Below are positions 1-11,735 of a stretch of DNA of 64,000 bases, piece after piece. Position 1 is the first letter of the stretch, and each line of letters begins with the position of its first letter. The DNA is from an uncultured bacterium (GTDB taxonomy: Bacteria > Auribacterota > Erginobacteria > Erginobacterales > Erginobacteraceae). The notes beneath the pieces were generated by a model. It did not search any database, was not told the DNA's origin, and was given only the letters and a program-made list of their open reading frames with translations. The position numbers and the translations under genes were made by a program. The stretch covers positions 160,001 through 224,000 of the forward strand of contig CAWGIE010000036.1 of the NCBI GenBank assembly GCA_963822585.1, given 5' to 3'.

Positions 1-1644
1 CCCGATGAAAAGCTGGCACGCATGGCAAAGGGCGCCCACCTCCAGGAGGGTTGTCTTCCCCGATAGATTGACCGGTTTGTATTTCATCCGTTCTTCTATC
101 TCCCGGATCAGACCCGCGTCTTCCCGGCCGCCGACCAGGATCACTTTACCGTCGTACGATTCCATGATCCAGTCGGCCAGGCCGGCGAATTTCTCCGGTT
201 CCCAGGTCCGAAGCCGGCTCCGGGCCGAGGGGGAAAGGATCACCTTGAATTCATTCCTACCGAGGTTTTCCCTCCGCAGCAGAGCGGCAACCGAGTCGCT
301 GTCTTTCTTCCCCCACCAGATCCGGGGTGAAGATGATTTCATTTCAATCCCCAGGGCCCAAAGCAATCGTCGGTTCTTCTCCATCTCGCTCAGGGCAAAA
401 AAGCCAGGAGAGGGAATGGCTGCCGTTAGCAAGCATCCTCCCCCGGAACGATCGTAAGCGACGCGTTCTTTCACTCCGGGGAGGAATAAAAAAAGCAGGA
501 TATGCCGGAGATCGCCCCGAAGGTCGATCCCGATATCGAAATGTTCCGCCCTGAGTTCCCGAAGGAGTTTTAAGTAGCGGCTCGTATAAGATACGATCCC
601 TGCGCCCTTTCCTCTTTTCCCGGACCACCAGGGGCAGTCCAGTGTGACAATTCTATCGACGAATGGGTTGTGCCGGAGCAGTTCCGCGGCCCAGGGGCCG
701 ACCAGAACCGTCAGCCGGGCCCGGGGATATCTCTCTTTCAGCGCCTGGTATACGGGGGTGGAGAGCAGCACGTCCCCGATATGATCGGCCCGGACGACCA
801 GAATACTCCTCGGTGGCCGACGCCGAGGCTCCTTCCGAGAAACGATACCCATATTAAGTTTACGAAGAATGCGTACCGGGGCGCAGAGGAGAAGATCGGC
901 CAGCCGGGCCAGCTGCCTCCGGCCGGGATGGGCGACGGGGGCCGCGGGCAACGGGCCTTTGCGGCCGCGGCAATATAAACTCCATCCCAGCAGATTGTGC
1001 AGACCCACCACCACCCATCGTCGGCGCCGGGTCAACGCCCCGATCAATACGAGCAGTGGAGAAATGACGGCGTAGAGATAATTCCGATAAAGCCCGAACG
1101 TCAGCTCAGCGGGGTAAAAAGGCCGCAGTAAGTCGAGCAGGTCCCGCCGGCGAAAGAGTCTTCGATGGGTGGGATCATCGTAAAAGTTGAGCGGACCGGA
1201 GGCACGATCGGGCAGAAACGTGGACAGGGAGGGGACTTTCAGCGATTTTTCATCCGGCGTCTCCAGATAAAAACACCCCCCCGGTTTTAGCACCCGGAAA
1301 ATTTCCCGCAGCGCCCGTTCCGGATGCTCCAGATGTTCGATGACATGAATCATCGTCACCCCGTCAAAACAGCCATCTGGATAAGGCAAACAGTCTGTCC
1401 CAAGATCCGACTGATGAAAAACCACTCGAGGGGGCAACAGCGGTGAAAAGTCTCGCTTGTCCACCCCGGAGATATTTATGTCCGGGCGAACCGCCATAAA
1501 TCTTCTCAGTACTTTTCCTGAGCCGCAACCCACGTCAAGAAGATTGGCGCCGGGTGGCAGCTGACTGATGAAGTCAACCCTGGTTTCCAGGAAAGGAAAC
1601 CTCTTTAACATGGCATAGAGCGCCTGTAAGATAATTTCTTTCAC
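1..1644 (-). CDS. Class I SAM-dependent methyltransferase fused to GT9 (heptosyltransferase-like) glycosyltransferase; C-terminus runs off the window edge
   Basis: Manually translated open frame from GTG 1644 (or ATG 1611) to position 1 with no stop. N-half has LLDVGCGSG, HVIEHL and LKPGG. C-half has ILVVRADHIGDVLLSTPVYQALK, LLRHNPFVD, DLRGD and NLSGKTTL...LFIG. Absent from the ORF track. Confidence 0.85.
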   Translation of the reverse strand, partial: MKEIILQALYAMLKRFPFLETRVDFISQLPPGANLLDVGCGSGKVLRRFMAVRPDINISGVDKRDFSPLLPPRVVFHQSDLGTDCLPYPDGCFDGVTMIHVIEHLEHPERALREIFRVLKPGGCFYLETPDEKSLKVPSLSTFLPDRASGPLNFYDDPTHRRLFRRRDLLDLLRPFYPAELTFGLYRNYLYAVISPLLVLIGALTRRRRWVVVGLHNLLGWSLYCRGRKGPLPAAPVAHPGRRQLARLADLLLCAPVRILRKLNMGIVSRKEPRRRPPRSILVVRADHIGDVLLSTPVYQALKERYPRARLTVLVGPWAAELLRHNPFVDRIVTLDCPWWSGKRGKGAGIVSYTSRYLKLLRELRAEHFDIGIDLRGDLRHILLFLFLPGVKERVAYDRSGGGCLLTAAIPSPGFFALSEMEKNRRLLWALGIEMKSSSPRIWWGKKDSDSVAALLRRENLGRNEFKVILSPSARSRLRTWEPEKFAGLADWIMESYDGKVILVGGREDAGLIREIEERMKYKPVNLSGKTTLLEVGALCHACQLFIG

Positions 1645-1653
1645 GGCGACCGT

Positions 1654-2963
1654 TTACGAGGGATTCCGGATCAGGGAATCGAAAATCCGGCCCAGAGTCA
1701 GAGTTTGATTTTTCCTGTTGAAGAGTTCAATTTCCCGCGCGCTGGTCACCGAAGTCAGCTTCTCTTCTGCTCCAAGATCAACAATTCTGGAAATCAATTC
1801 CGTTATCCGGGGAATATCTTCATAAGCAGAGAACAGGTTACAGCCGAGACGCTTTAAGAACCGGACGGTGGCTCCTCCGTCAGCCATGCAGAGAATGGGT
1901 TTCCCGGCGGCCAGGTATTCATAGACTTTCCCCGGGATGGCGGTCTCTCCTCCCTCGTTTTCCCTTTGAAAAACCAGACACACATCGGCTTCGGAGCACA
2001 ATAGGCGGGCTACTTCTCTCGGAGATATGCTGCCCTGGCACCGCACCATATCCCGGACGCCGCTCTCTTCAATTAACTTTCGAATCTGTTCCGGGATAAA
2101 ACCGATAAACCTGACCTCGATCCGGTCGGCCATCCCCGGTCGTAACGCGACGAATTGCTCCAGAGCCTGTAAAAAAAACCAGGGGGTTCGTTTGGGAGTC
2201 AACGATCCGGTGTAGACCAATCTGAGTTTGTCTGTCGGGATCGTCTCCGGTATTTGGCCGGCGGCGAAGTATTCGGGATCAAAACCGTTCCGAATAAGCA
2301 CGTATTTTCCCTCCTCGATATCCCGGTACTTTGATTTAAAAAGGCGAATCGAATCCTCCGAAGCGCAGACAACCCAGCTGCTGCTCCTCACCATCGTTTT
2401 TTCCATTGATTTTTCCAGCTTCCTCTTTAAAGGGCAACGGGAGCTGTAGAGAGGATTGCCCACCCAGTCATCACGATAATCGAGGATATACGGTATCCGG
2501 GTCATTCTATGAAGCAGATAGGCGATCAAATTAGAGGTGAAGGGAGGGGAGGTTGATAATATCAGTTCAATTTTTTCGGAGGCGATGATTTTTAAAGCGC
2601 GGCGGAGGGCGAAGGGCAGCCAGGTAATGTTCCGGTCCGGAATCAACCAGGGCTTGATCAGGAATTTTCCTGCCGGCAGCGTAACACGATCTATCCCTCT
2701 TTTTTGGTGACACCGTACACTTTATCCTTGAATCCCCAGCGGGCCGGCTCCAGACATCCTGTTCTGATGAGAGAGATCTCCCCTCTTAACTCGTCAACAA
2801 GCTCCGCTGTGCGATAGGTATTTTCATAGTATTCGTCTTTCACGGTCAGAACTATCGGGAGATAGCCGGCCAGAGGAAGATATTTAACAAAATTATGGAT
2901 TCGAATAACACCGCCGCCGCCATAGGGAGCAAAGTGATAAGCAATGATCAGTACCTTTCTCAT
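1654..2963 (-). CDS. Glycosyltransferase family 4 (frameshifted near 2700)
   Basis: ORF 2691-2987 (MRKVLIIAYHFAPYGGGGV) plus ORF 1654-2646 (STSPPF, LDYRDDW, IPGKVYEYLAAGKPIL). The break is at an A-tract. Confidence 0.85.
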
Positions 2964-3073
2964 AGTCGATGCCCTTATCTGCTCCATCTTGACATGCTGT
3001 TCATCGTGTTCAAAACCAACCCGTTTTACGAATACATTGGGATAAAGAAACGGTATAAAAATACACCGGCGGT

Positions 3074-4561
3074 TTATTGACCGGTTGCATATTCGCGCTC
3101 AAAGCGGGGCAGGAGTGGCAGCACCCCCGCCAGGAACCAGAAGGAGATGCCGCTCTCATCCAGGAAGGGGATATTGACCATGGCACAGGCTATATAGGCA
3201 CACAGGACACCGAGCATTCCGGCCGCATACCTTCGGGAAAAAGTTTGCTTTCCTTTCAGGATCGAGAGCAGAGCAACAGAAGCAATCTTTACCAATAACG
3301 CGATAAAGAGAAGAAGTCCGGGCAGGCCCAGTTCGAGCCACCTCATCAAAAACTCGTTATGGGGCAGGTAGAAGGACTTGGCGGCAATGCCCGGCCGCGT
3401 GCGCCTCCCGCTACCCACGCCGATTCCCAGCGGATGGACCGAGATCAGACTCAATGACTCCTTCCAGGGCCGTTCCTGCCGGAAAGTGACCGTATCCGCT
3501 TTCATGGGATTGACGAGTTCGGAGAAACGGACCAGTCTCAGATCGTTGGATGATTGAAGAGAGGGGACATAAAACAGAAATACCAGCACGACCACGGCAC
3601 CGATCAGGGCCACGGTCAGACGGTTTTTAGAAATGTTTCCTTTATGTATCCGATGAATAACCAGGTAACGGTTAAGCCGATCGCCAGCATCATCACCGGC
3701 GTCCGCGGAAGCTGAAAGACGGACATCAGAATAATACTGGCATATAAAAGCAGTATTCCCCATCGCCATTTTTTATCGAAGAACCGTAATCCCAGCGCCA
3801 CGATAATAATGAGGATCGCTACCAGGGGGAATAAGAAGGGCATATCTCCGGTAGCAAAGGCAAAGGCCCGAAGACCGGATTTGGCGGCCGGATCCGCGTA
3901 AAAAGTCCCCTTGATGGTCGAGACCCAGAGCGCGTCAAAAGAGGTCATATAGAAATTCTGGTACAAGGCGTACAGGCAACTTATCGTCGCGTAAACGATC
4001 ATGTATCTGAGAAAAATCTTAAGATCTCTCTCCTTCTTAAAAAACTCCCGGGCGAGAAAAAACATCAGGAGGGGAACCAGTTCCTGCTTAAAACCGTAAA
4101 TCCCGACCAGTGCGCTCTGGTTGGGGTTCACTGTCTCCAATAAACACCAGCCCAGGTAGAAAACGACGTATTTATCGGTTGAATATTCCAGGATCCTCTC
4201 CCGGGCCACGACTTTTTTACCGAGATAGAAGGCGCCCAGCATGACAATAGCAAGGCTGACCGAGGTTCTGAACATGTTCCCCAGACCATGCTCCCGCCGA
4301 AAAGAACCCCCGCTGACCAGAAGCAACAACCGTTCCAGAAACGGCTGCAAACTGGTTAAGATGATGGCCAAAAAATGCCGGCCTCGAAATAAGTGAACGC
4401 TACCCACATAAAAATAATACCGAAAATGACCGCCGCGGCCGCGCTGAAAATCCCGGACGTTATAACCAAACTCAGCGCCATTCCCAGAACCAGGATAAAA
4501 ACTACCTGGGCCACAGGGGACTACAGCACTTCCCGATACTGTCCCGCTGTATCGTTGACAT
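3074..4561 (-). CDS. O-antigen ligase/Wzy polymerase-like multi-pass membrane protein (several frameshifts; start approximate)
   Basis: Hydrophobic fragments 3616-4407 and 3074-3769, with HPLGIGVGS...PHNEFLMRWLELGLPGLLLF (Wzy_C-type motif). Confidence 0.75.
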
Positions 4562-4589
4562 GGTGTGACCAGAGTCCCATCGACTTATT

Positions 4590-6776
4590 TTTTCCCGACG
4601 AAGCCATATTCCCCACTGATTGCGTGCCGGCCCGTTCCCGAATATGATGGAATATTCCCGGCTGGGCTAAGGTTTTTCCCGGTCTCGCGTATCCGCCTAT
4701 AAACGGTGATACCTGACCTCCGCGTTCTCCATTTTCCCGTGGAGCATGGGTTCGCCGCCGTCAGGACTGAAGAGAAAAAAACCGACGTCGATCCAATCTC
4801 GGATTTCCCCTCTCATAGAGATTACCTTACCCTTCTCCTTCCCCATAGTGCCGGATATCCACCCCTCATCCATAGTAATCTCCATCCCCTCTCCGTTTTA
4901 TACCATTATAATCAGAAGGATCCTCCTCCCATCAGATACAATAATCGTAGTATCATTTATCCTGGTCCATCCTGGGTGAAAAATGAAAGGAAGAGGTGAA
5001 CAAATGATTACCTTCCCCCGTGATTGAATCCTTGATTAGCCAGGACTGTTCCTTCCCGTTAAAATAGATTTTTCTTCGTGAGCGGCCGGCCGTTTCAAAT
5101 GTCGCTATCCGTAATGCTCCGCGTCAAAAAAATCGGCGTCGGCAGTGTTTCCCAGCGGTGGCATATCATTAGAGCTTCGTTTTCCAACATAAACGGATTC
5201 CCGTCCACAAATCGGTTTTTGCTCTTCGCCATCAATCATAACTGTATTGTGATACGATGTCCCTCTGAAACACGTCGCTGAATTTGTTCAGTTGCCGGGA
5301 TAGGTATAGCTCCCTGATCAAGATAATATCCCTTCCTTTCAAGTGAAGCTCGAAGGAAAGTTTATCGTCATGACAATGCCCTCCATTCCCGTTCTGCCCG
5401 TTCGGACCGGCGAGATAATCATGTAATCATCGTCGCATCTCATGCAATAGATTCCGGCATCAGAAAAGCGCGACTTTGGAATCGGGGGAAGGCAAGCCCG
5501 GTCAGGCGATCCCATATCCCGTATCTGGGAATAACCAGGAGGAGAAGGGCGGCGGGGGAATATCCGCATTTTCGCACTTTAAATTGCGGTTCCCGGAAAA
5601 ACAGGGCCCGAGATCGACCAGATGCCGATAATCAAGAGCCGGACGGTGCGAGAATCGATTAAGCCGGCGGCTGTCATTGTCGCTGATCTGAGGCATCAAC
5701 GGGTTCGTGTTCAGGCTGCACAGAATGAATTCGACCAGGCGAAATAATTTTCGGAAAAGCCTTCACTGAAATATTTCCGGGCGATTTCCGGTGAATCTCC
5801 CCATTAAAATCATGATCACCCATTACCGCGATCAGCGTGGCGAAGAGGAAACACTCCAGGACCAGGGCATGATAACAGGTCGATGATTCAAAATCCATGC
5901 CATCGTGATACACCTGCCGTTGCATTTCTTTTCTGAGGCCTTGGGGGGCTGTTCTCAGCCATTGTCGGATTTCTTCAATCCGGGAAACAACCCACCAGGT
6001 ATATCAGAATGGTATAATTCTGCGATTGCGTGATTGGAAGCCAGGCTCCCGGGATGGATTCCCAGGTTATTCATAATATATCTTCCGTGGATAACCAAGA
6101 ACTTTAAAAAGAAAACGACAAAATTTTTCGTCAGGGAGGGAGAAGCGGCAAGAAAAAAAAATCCCACGATCCAGTCCGCCGCCCGCATTGCCGCCTCCAT
6201 GGGGCAGCTCCAGTTCACTCCGAAATACGGGGGATTCGGGTAATCTAGTCTTCTATCTCCTGTATCATCTCCCGGGCATATTTTTCATTACCGGCATACC
6301 AGTATGCCTTGCCCAGGTAATGAAATGCTGGCAGCGGCTAAGCTCCCAGGGCACTTTAATATCGTAGCCCCCCGGATCAGCAGCGGGCCCCATCGGTGAA
6401 GAAAGCGCTCTCCTCCCAGCGGTGGCCGTTTATAAAATCTCGATGCCAGTCTATCCGGGGTCCCAGACTCGTCTCTCCGGAGCCCAGAAGATCAAAGATG
6501 CTCGCAGATCCTGTCCGCCGCGGACACGGTCCGGGCTTCCTCATCGGGGAACTGCCGGCGAGAAGAAATACCAATTTCCCTGCTCCTCCACCCTGATGGG
6601 AAAAGCGGAAGAGCAGTGATTTCAGGGCTGCAAATCTCTGTCCCCGGAAAACGGCCTCCTCCAAACTGAACTGAAAGGGGAGAACCGCAAAAACCGCATC
6701 CTCCAACCTGACAGGCGTACTCTTAAAAGGAGAACTATTTTCAACTGGCGCTGAAAAAAAATCTTATCTGCTTCAT
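4590..6776 (-). pseudogene. Heparinase II/III-family protein, broken by many indels (boundaries approximate; may be a sequencing artefact)
   Basis: Consecutive fragments in different frames: FDLLGSG...IDWHRDF, DIKVPWELSRCQH, VNWSCPMEAAMRAADW, SNH, QVYHDGMDFESSTCYH, PQISDNDS, HCHDDKLSFEL. Confidence 0.8.
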
Positions 6777-6789
6777 GCTTTTTTCTTCT

Positions 6790-8280
6790 AAGCATCGGGT
6801 AACCTCACCTCCCCAATCGGCACTTCCGAAGGAGCAAAGCGCCTTTTTCACGAACAATCTCTCTTTCCCGTCGGCTGTAAAAATCTAACCAGAAAAAGTT
6901 GGAAGGGTAAACTGGCTCCCAACAAAAGTTTTACAACCAAAGAAATCCCGATATTTTCAATCGCAATATATCGGGAAAGAATAAACATCGCCACGGCTAC
7001 TGATAAAATCTTAAGAATTCTCTTCCATTCATAAGGTATGTAGTAATAACGCCTGGAGCAACAAAGTATCTGAGCACTGCCCAGACAAAGTAGGAAATGA
7101 GAGTGGCAACAGCGGCGCCCATCATGCCGAAAGGAGGAACAAGGAAGTAGTTTAAAATTACATTCAGCGCGGCGGCGATGATCGTCATGATGGGGATGTA
7201 CTTGGTTTTACGTTTGAGCAGATAACCAACGCTCCAGATGATGTTTACCCCCAGGAGCAAATAGGCCACGGAAATTAAGGGCACTATTTTGTAAGCCGGC
7301 CAGTATGCCGGCGGGGCAATGATTCAATGAGGTCTTCTGCCGGGCACGAAATAAGTAAAACCAGCGTACACCCGAAGAGAAGGAAATACGTCAGTAACCG
7401 GGAGTAATATTCATTCATATTATTTTTACCGGCCACGGAAAATATCATGACATCCCAGATTTTGCGAAACGGTTCGATGAGGAGAATGGAGATTAACATT
7501 CCCAACTTATATCCCAGGGAATAAATTCCCACCTCACTCAAATCGGAGTAATGGGCCAGAAAAAACCGATCGGCCGAAGTTATGACCATCCCGGCCAGAC
7601 TATCGGGGACGAGGGGGACGCTGTAAAAGAGACATTTCTTTAAATTCGCTCCAGGAGAAAGTTAAGGCTAAATCTTTTTTCAAAGGGATGAGTAAGAAGA
7701 CGCTTAACCCGGAAGAAAGTAATCCGCCCAGAACCACCCCCCGGACCCCCAATTTAAGGCAGGTGACCAGAAAAAGAATGGCGCCTAATTGGGTGATAAA
7801 AAAAGGGATGTAAAGAAGGAATACTTCTTCGACGATTTCTGGCTCCGGAATACGGTTAAGCACATGGTTTTGAACGCTTCCAGAAAAGCCGTCAGGAAGG
7901 TCAGATTGAGAAGCCCCTGATAGTCGGGGGCTGCCAAAGATCAAACAGGGAAAGTCTTCCAGAGAAAATAAGACTGAAGCCGAGAAATACGCCGGAAGTA
8001 ACGAGGAATGGTATAGAGCGGTACTGACTACCATCCGGTGGCGATCGGGGGAGGGATAATCGTAATACGACCTGGTCAACCCCGCTCCCATTCCCAGGCT
8101 ATACAGAATGGAAGCGACGGAAAAGACAATCATGAGAATGGAGAGGATCCCGTATTCTGCGGGGAGCAGATATCTGGTATAGACAGGGATCAGGATGAAC
8201 CCCGTCATCTTGATCAGGATGTTGGTTACACCGTAAACCAGATAGTGCTGGAGAGTGTCTTTTATCTCCTGGTATATGTC
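6790..8280 (-). pseudogene. wzx: Wzx-type polysaccharide flippase, fragmented by indels (boundaries approximate)
   Basis: Fragments: FILIPVYTRYLLPAEYGI, ADRFFLAHYSDLSEVGIYSLGYK, LNVILNYFLVPPFGMMGAAVATLISY. Confidence 0.8.
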
Positions 8281-9260
8281 TTTACCCTCCCCCAGTAATA
8301 GGTACCGGTTCGGGCGAGTCTGTCCAATCCAGCTCGCAGCAGTTTGTGACGTTGATATCTTCCGGCCGGCCGAGTAAATCCAGAAGATGTCTCGGGACCG
8401 GTACATACCGCAACCAGGGAATTATCAAGCCGGAGGGAGCTTTTTTCCTGAGGATTTTGCTGAATGCGAAAACCGGGGTCAAGTAAATCCCGTATATGGG
8501 GAGTGATGGAAGTCTTTTCCTTGCTGAGCGGAGGGGGGTGTTGCCCGTCCCAGGCCACACTTCACGCAATCGATCAACCGGGAACCGAATGGCACGCCAT
8601 AGATAAACCGTTTCATCTTTCTCCTTGTTCTGACCAGGAATGTGCGGAATCGCTTGCCCGCGCGCCGGTTTTCACGGTTCAGCGCCAACCAGTCATTCCT
8701 GCGACATAGCTGTTGATGGAGCATCACTCCTTTAAAATACCGGTGCAGCAGAATCCTCTGACTCACCGGGGCTAAGCTCATGGAACATCATCCATATGAC
8801 CGAGCGAATGATTCTTATTGGGGGTGGAACACAAGAAGGTCCCCTCCGGTTTCAACGATCGTCGGATTTCATGGAGATAGCCACTGCGGTCAATGATATG
8901 TTCTATGGTTTCAAAGGAGGTGACGAGATCGAAAGTCCGGGTGCGGAAAGGCAATGCACCGCAATCCGCTTGAATAAAATGGAGATTGGGGGAGGGGTAA
9001 TTTTTTCTGGCAAAGACTATCGACTCCAGGGAATTGTCAACTCCGACTACCGTTTTCCCGGACTTGCTTAAATGATCAGCCCCATAGCCGACACCACAAG
9101 CCACGTCAAGAATGACGTTATGCCGGGAGAAACGGGAGGCAAAAACATATCTCCAGATATGCTGTTGGGCAAGCCATGGCAAGCAGTCGAGCAGCTTTTC
9201 GAATTTTTTAAAAGGCATCCGCACTCCCTTCTCTTCGCGAAATATCATCCCCGATGACAT
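8262..9260 (-). CDS. SAM-dependent methyltransferase (frameshifted C-terminal part; end approximate)
   Basis: ORF 8778-9260 has HIWRYVFA, ILDVACGVGYG, TSFETIEH and STPN. It continues in fragments 8479-8781 and 8262-8558. Confidence 0.7.
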
Positions 9261-10386
9261 TCTCGATATACTTTTATCATCGCCAAGGCCGAAGCCTCCC
9301 AGGTGAAAAACCTGGCCCGCTCCAATCCCTTTCCTCTCAGTCTGTTGCGCTCCGCGGAATCCGATGCCACAACCCCAATGGCGTCGGCCATTGCGGTTAT
9401 GTTATACGGATCTATCAGGATAGCCGCGTCGCCGGCTACCTCCGGCAACGAACTACCCGGGAAGTAATCACCGGACAACCGCAAGCCATTGCTTCCAGTA
9501 CGGACAGCCCGAAGCCTTCATAGAGGGAAGGGAAAACGAACAGGTCGGCGCCGCTGTAAAGAGCCGGCAGGTCATCCTCCCGGATATATCCGGCAAGGAT
9601 CACATCATCCTGTAAATTATGATCGGCTATTGCCTGATAGACCTTTTCATGCTGCCAACCCCCTCCTTTACCGGCGATAACCAGCGCATGCTTCAATCCC
9701 TGCCGTTTGCATTGAACGAAGGCATCGAGCAAACGAGGGATATTTTTCAGGGCCTGGTAGCTGCTGCAAACGTCAAGAATATAGGGGTAGGGTATAGCGG
9801 ATGATCTTCGCAGATGGTCCCGGAGACCGGCGGTAACGGCCACGGATGAAAAGCGTCGGTATCCACGCCCAGGGGTACCACGGTGATTTTATGAGCCGGT
9901 ATTTTGTAGTAGGTAATTATCTCCTTCCGGGCAAACTCCGAATCGGTAACGATTCTGGTGATGAAACGATGCAAATACCGTAGGCTGACCGACCAGCTCA
10001 GCGGCTGGGAGGCCGCGCGGCAATCCACCGGCAGGGAATGGAGGGGCGGCATGCACGGTAACGATAATTTTACGCCCGGCCAGCCAGAAAAGGGGCGAAA
10101 GATCTTCACAGGATAGTGAACAAGATCAAAATGATGCCGGCGAACTGCCGCCGGCATGTCTTGATTCCATGCGTCCGGGCAGTTGCCGCGGCCAATAAGG
10201 AGTGATATCCGGAAAATCGTTATAGAGAGGATCGTGGCCCGGCAACGCGTGAAACAGATGGAACTCAATGTCCCGCTCTTTCAAATTCCGGTAGGCGCGG
10301 AGCAAGCTTTTCAGCAGGCGGCTGACGCCTCCCTGACGGCTCCAATGCAGGCTGGATGTTTCGATACCGATGCGCATCCGACTCAA
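9245..10386 (-). pseudogene. Glycosyltransferase family 4 (mannosyltransferase-like), in several frameshifted pieces
   Basis: MRIGIE...; [29 protein letters not shown]...[37 protein letters not shown]...FTWE. Confidence 0.85.
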
Positions 10387-10504
10387 CCGTTCGATACCGC
10401 CCTCCGGTAGAGTTGTTAAATCTGTTGATAATGAGCTTCCGCCTCGATCTTGAACCGGCTTTCCATATCTCGGGGAGCACGGGGATCCAGCCGGGCCAGT
10501 ATCC

Positions 10505-11473
10505 TTACAAGTCCTCCGTTATGGATTCCCGGCTCCCGGCCCGGTATGAGAATAACCTTTTCCCGTCGGCCCGGAAATAGGGATTATTATCCGCGAACAG
10601 GCAGCAGCATCCCAGCTGATGAGCTTCGGCAATGACGATTCCGAATGAATCGCTGGATTTGGTTCTGACATAAGCGTGAGCCGAATTCAGTAAAGCGATC
10701 ATCTGTGCCCGATCGAGCTGCCCGGTCTGGATAACCCGGTCGCCAACGCCGGCCGCGTCGATCGCCTCCTGAACGGCGGTTATTTCTTCTCTTGAACCGG
10801 TACCCACTATCACCCAGAGAAAATCAGTCTGCCGCGACTTCAAATCGGCTGCTATCTTCGGGATCATCGATAATCCGTAATGGGCCTCATAAAAACCGCT
10901 TGTAACCAGCAGTGCCTTATTATCCTTATTCTTTACGACCGCATCCAGACGGCCGGGGAAAGTAACCGGGGTGATGGCAGGTGGTTCCAACGGCAACAGA
11001 CAGGGAATAAGCACTATCCTGTCGGAAGCAATCCCGAAAGAACTGACAAATTGAGCCAGCTCCGGACAGGCCGGGATAATGGTTCGAGCCTGCCGGAAGG
11101 ACCAGACCGTCAATCGCCGGGACCAGAAAGACCAGCGGGAAAATTGTTCGGGGAATCGTTCCCCGTAGATCTGGTAAATCAAAGGCACCGACAGTAACCG
11201 GGCGATCAGGGCATCATATTTACGGACTGTAGAGGCATGCGAATGGAGCACGTCAGGGCCGCATTCCTTCACTTTCAACAGCAAGTTCCGGGAGGGATGC
11301 AACGAACGGGCCGGATACCAGTGTGTAACCGGGAGAGCGGATGCCTGTTCTTTCTCTTCGACAAATATTTTTACCTGGTATCCATCATCACGAAGAAGCC
11401 GGGAAAGATGCATAACATTTGTCGACACGCCTCCCAGGGGGGGGGGATACGGTCCAAGCAATGCTATTTTCAT
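10505..11473 (-). CDS. Glycosyltransferase family 4 (the C-terminus probably continues by frameshift to about 10385)
   Basis: MKIALLGPYPPPLGGVS; DSFGIVIAEA, a variant of the E-X7-E motif. Confidence 0.8.
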   Translation of the reverse strand: MKIALLGPYPPPLGGVSTNVMHLSRLLRDDGYQVKIFVEEKEQASALPVTHWYPARSLHPSRNLLLKVKECGPDVLHSHASTVRKYDALIARLLSVPLIYQIYGERFPEQFSRWSFWSRRLTVWSFRQARTIIPACPELAQFVSSFGIASDRIVLIPCLLPLEPPAITPVTFPGRLDAVVKNKDNKALLVTSGFYEAHYGLSMIPKIAADLKSRQTDFLWVIVGTGSREEITAVQEAIDAAGVGDRVIQTGQLDRAQMIALLNSAHAYVRTKSSDSFGIVIAEAHQLGCCCLFADNNPYFRADGKRLFSYRAGSRESITEDL

Positions 11474-11515
11474 TAATTACTCCGCTATTGATATTAGCCC
11501 TGGCTTTGTTCAAGA

Positions 11516-11546
11516 CTAACCCGATTTATGAATAAAATCGGGTTAA
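11516..11546. repeat. Palindrome TAACCCGATTTAT-GA-ATAAAATCGGGTTA; an inverted near-copy lies at 25892-25921
   Basis: Direct comparison of the two sites. Confidence 0.75.
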
Positions 11547-11735
11547 GGAGATGCTTGTTCCAGCCCATTCTTATTACTGGAGGCGGAGGAACAGGTCAAG
11601 CTATTTCCGATCAAAAAACTTTTACTACATTTATTACATTTTGCCTTTATAAAAAGAGCCTTTAATGATATGTATTTCCTGATCAAGACTGAATTCTAAC
11701 CATAGCAAAACATCTTCAATCGGGAGGCCTTCAGC

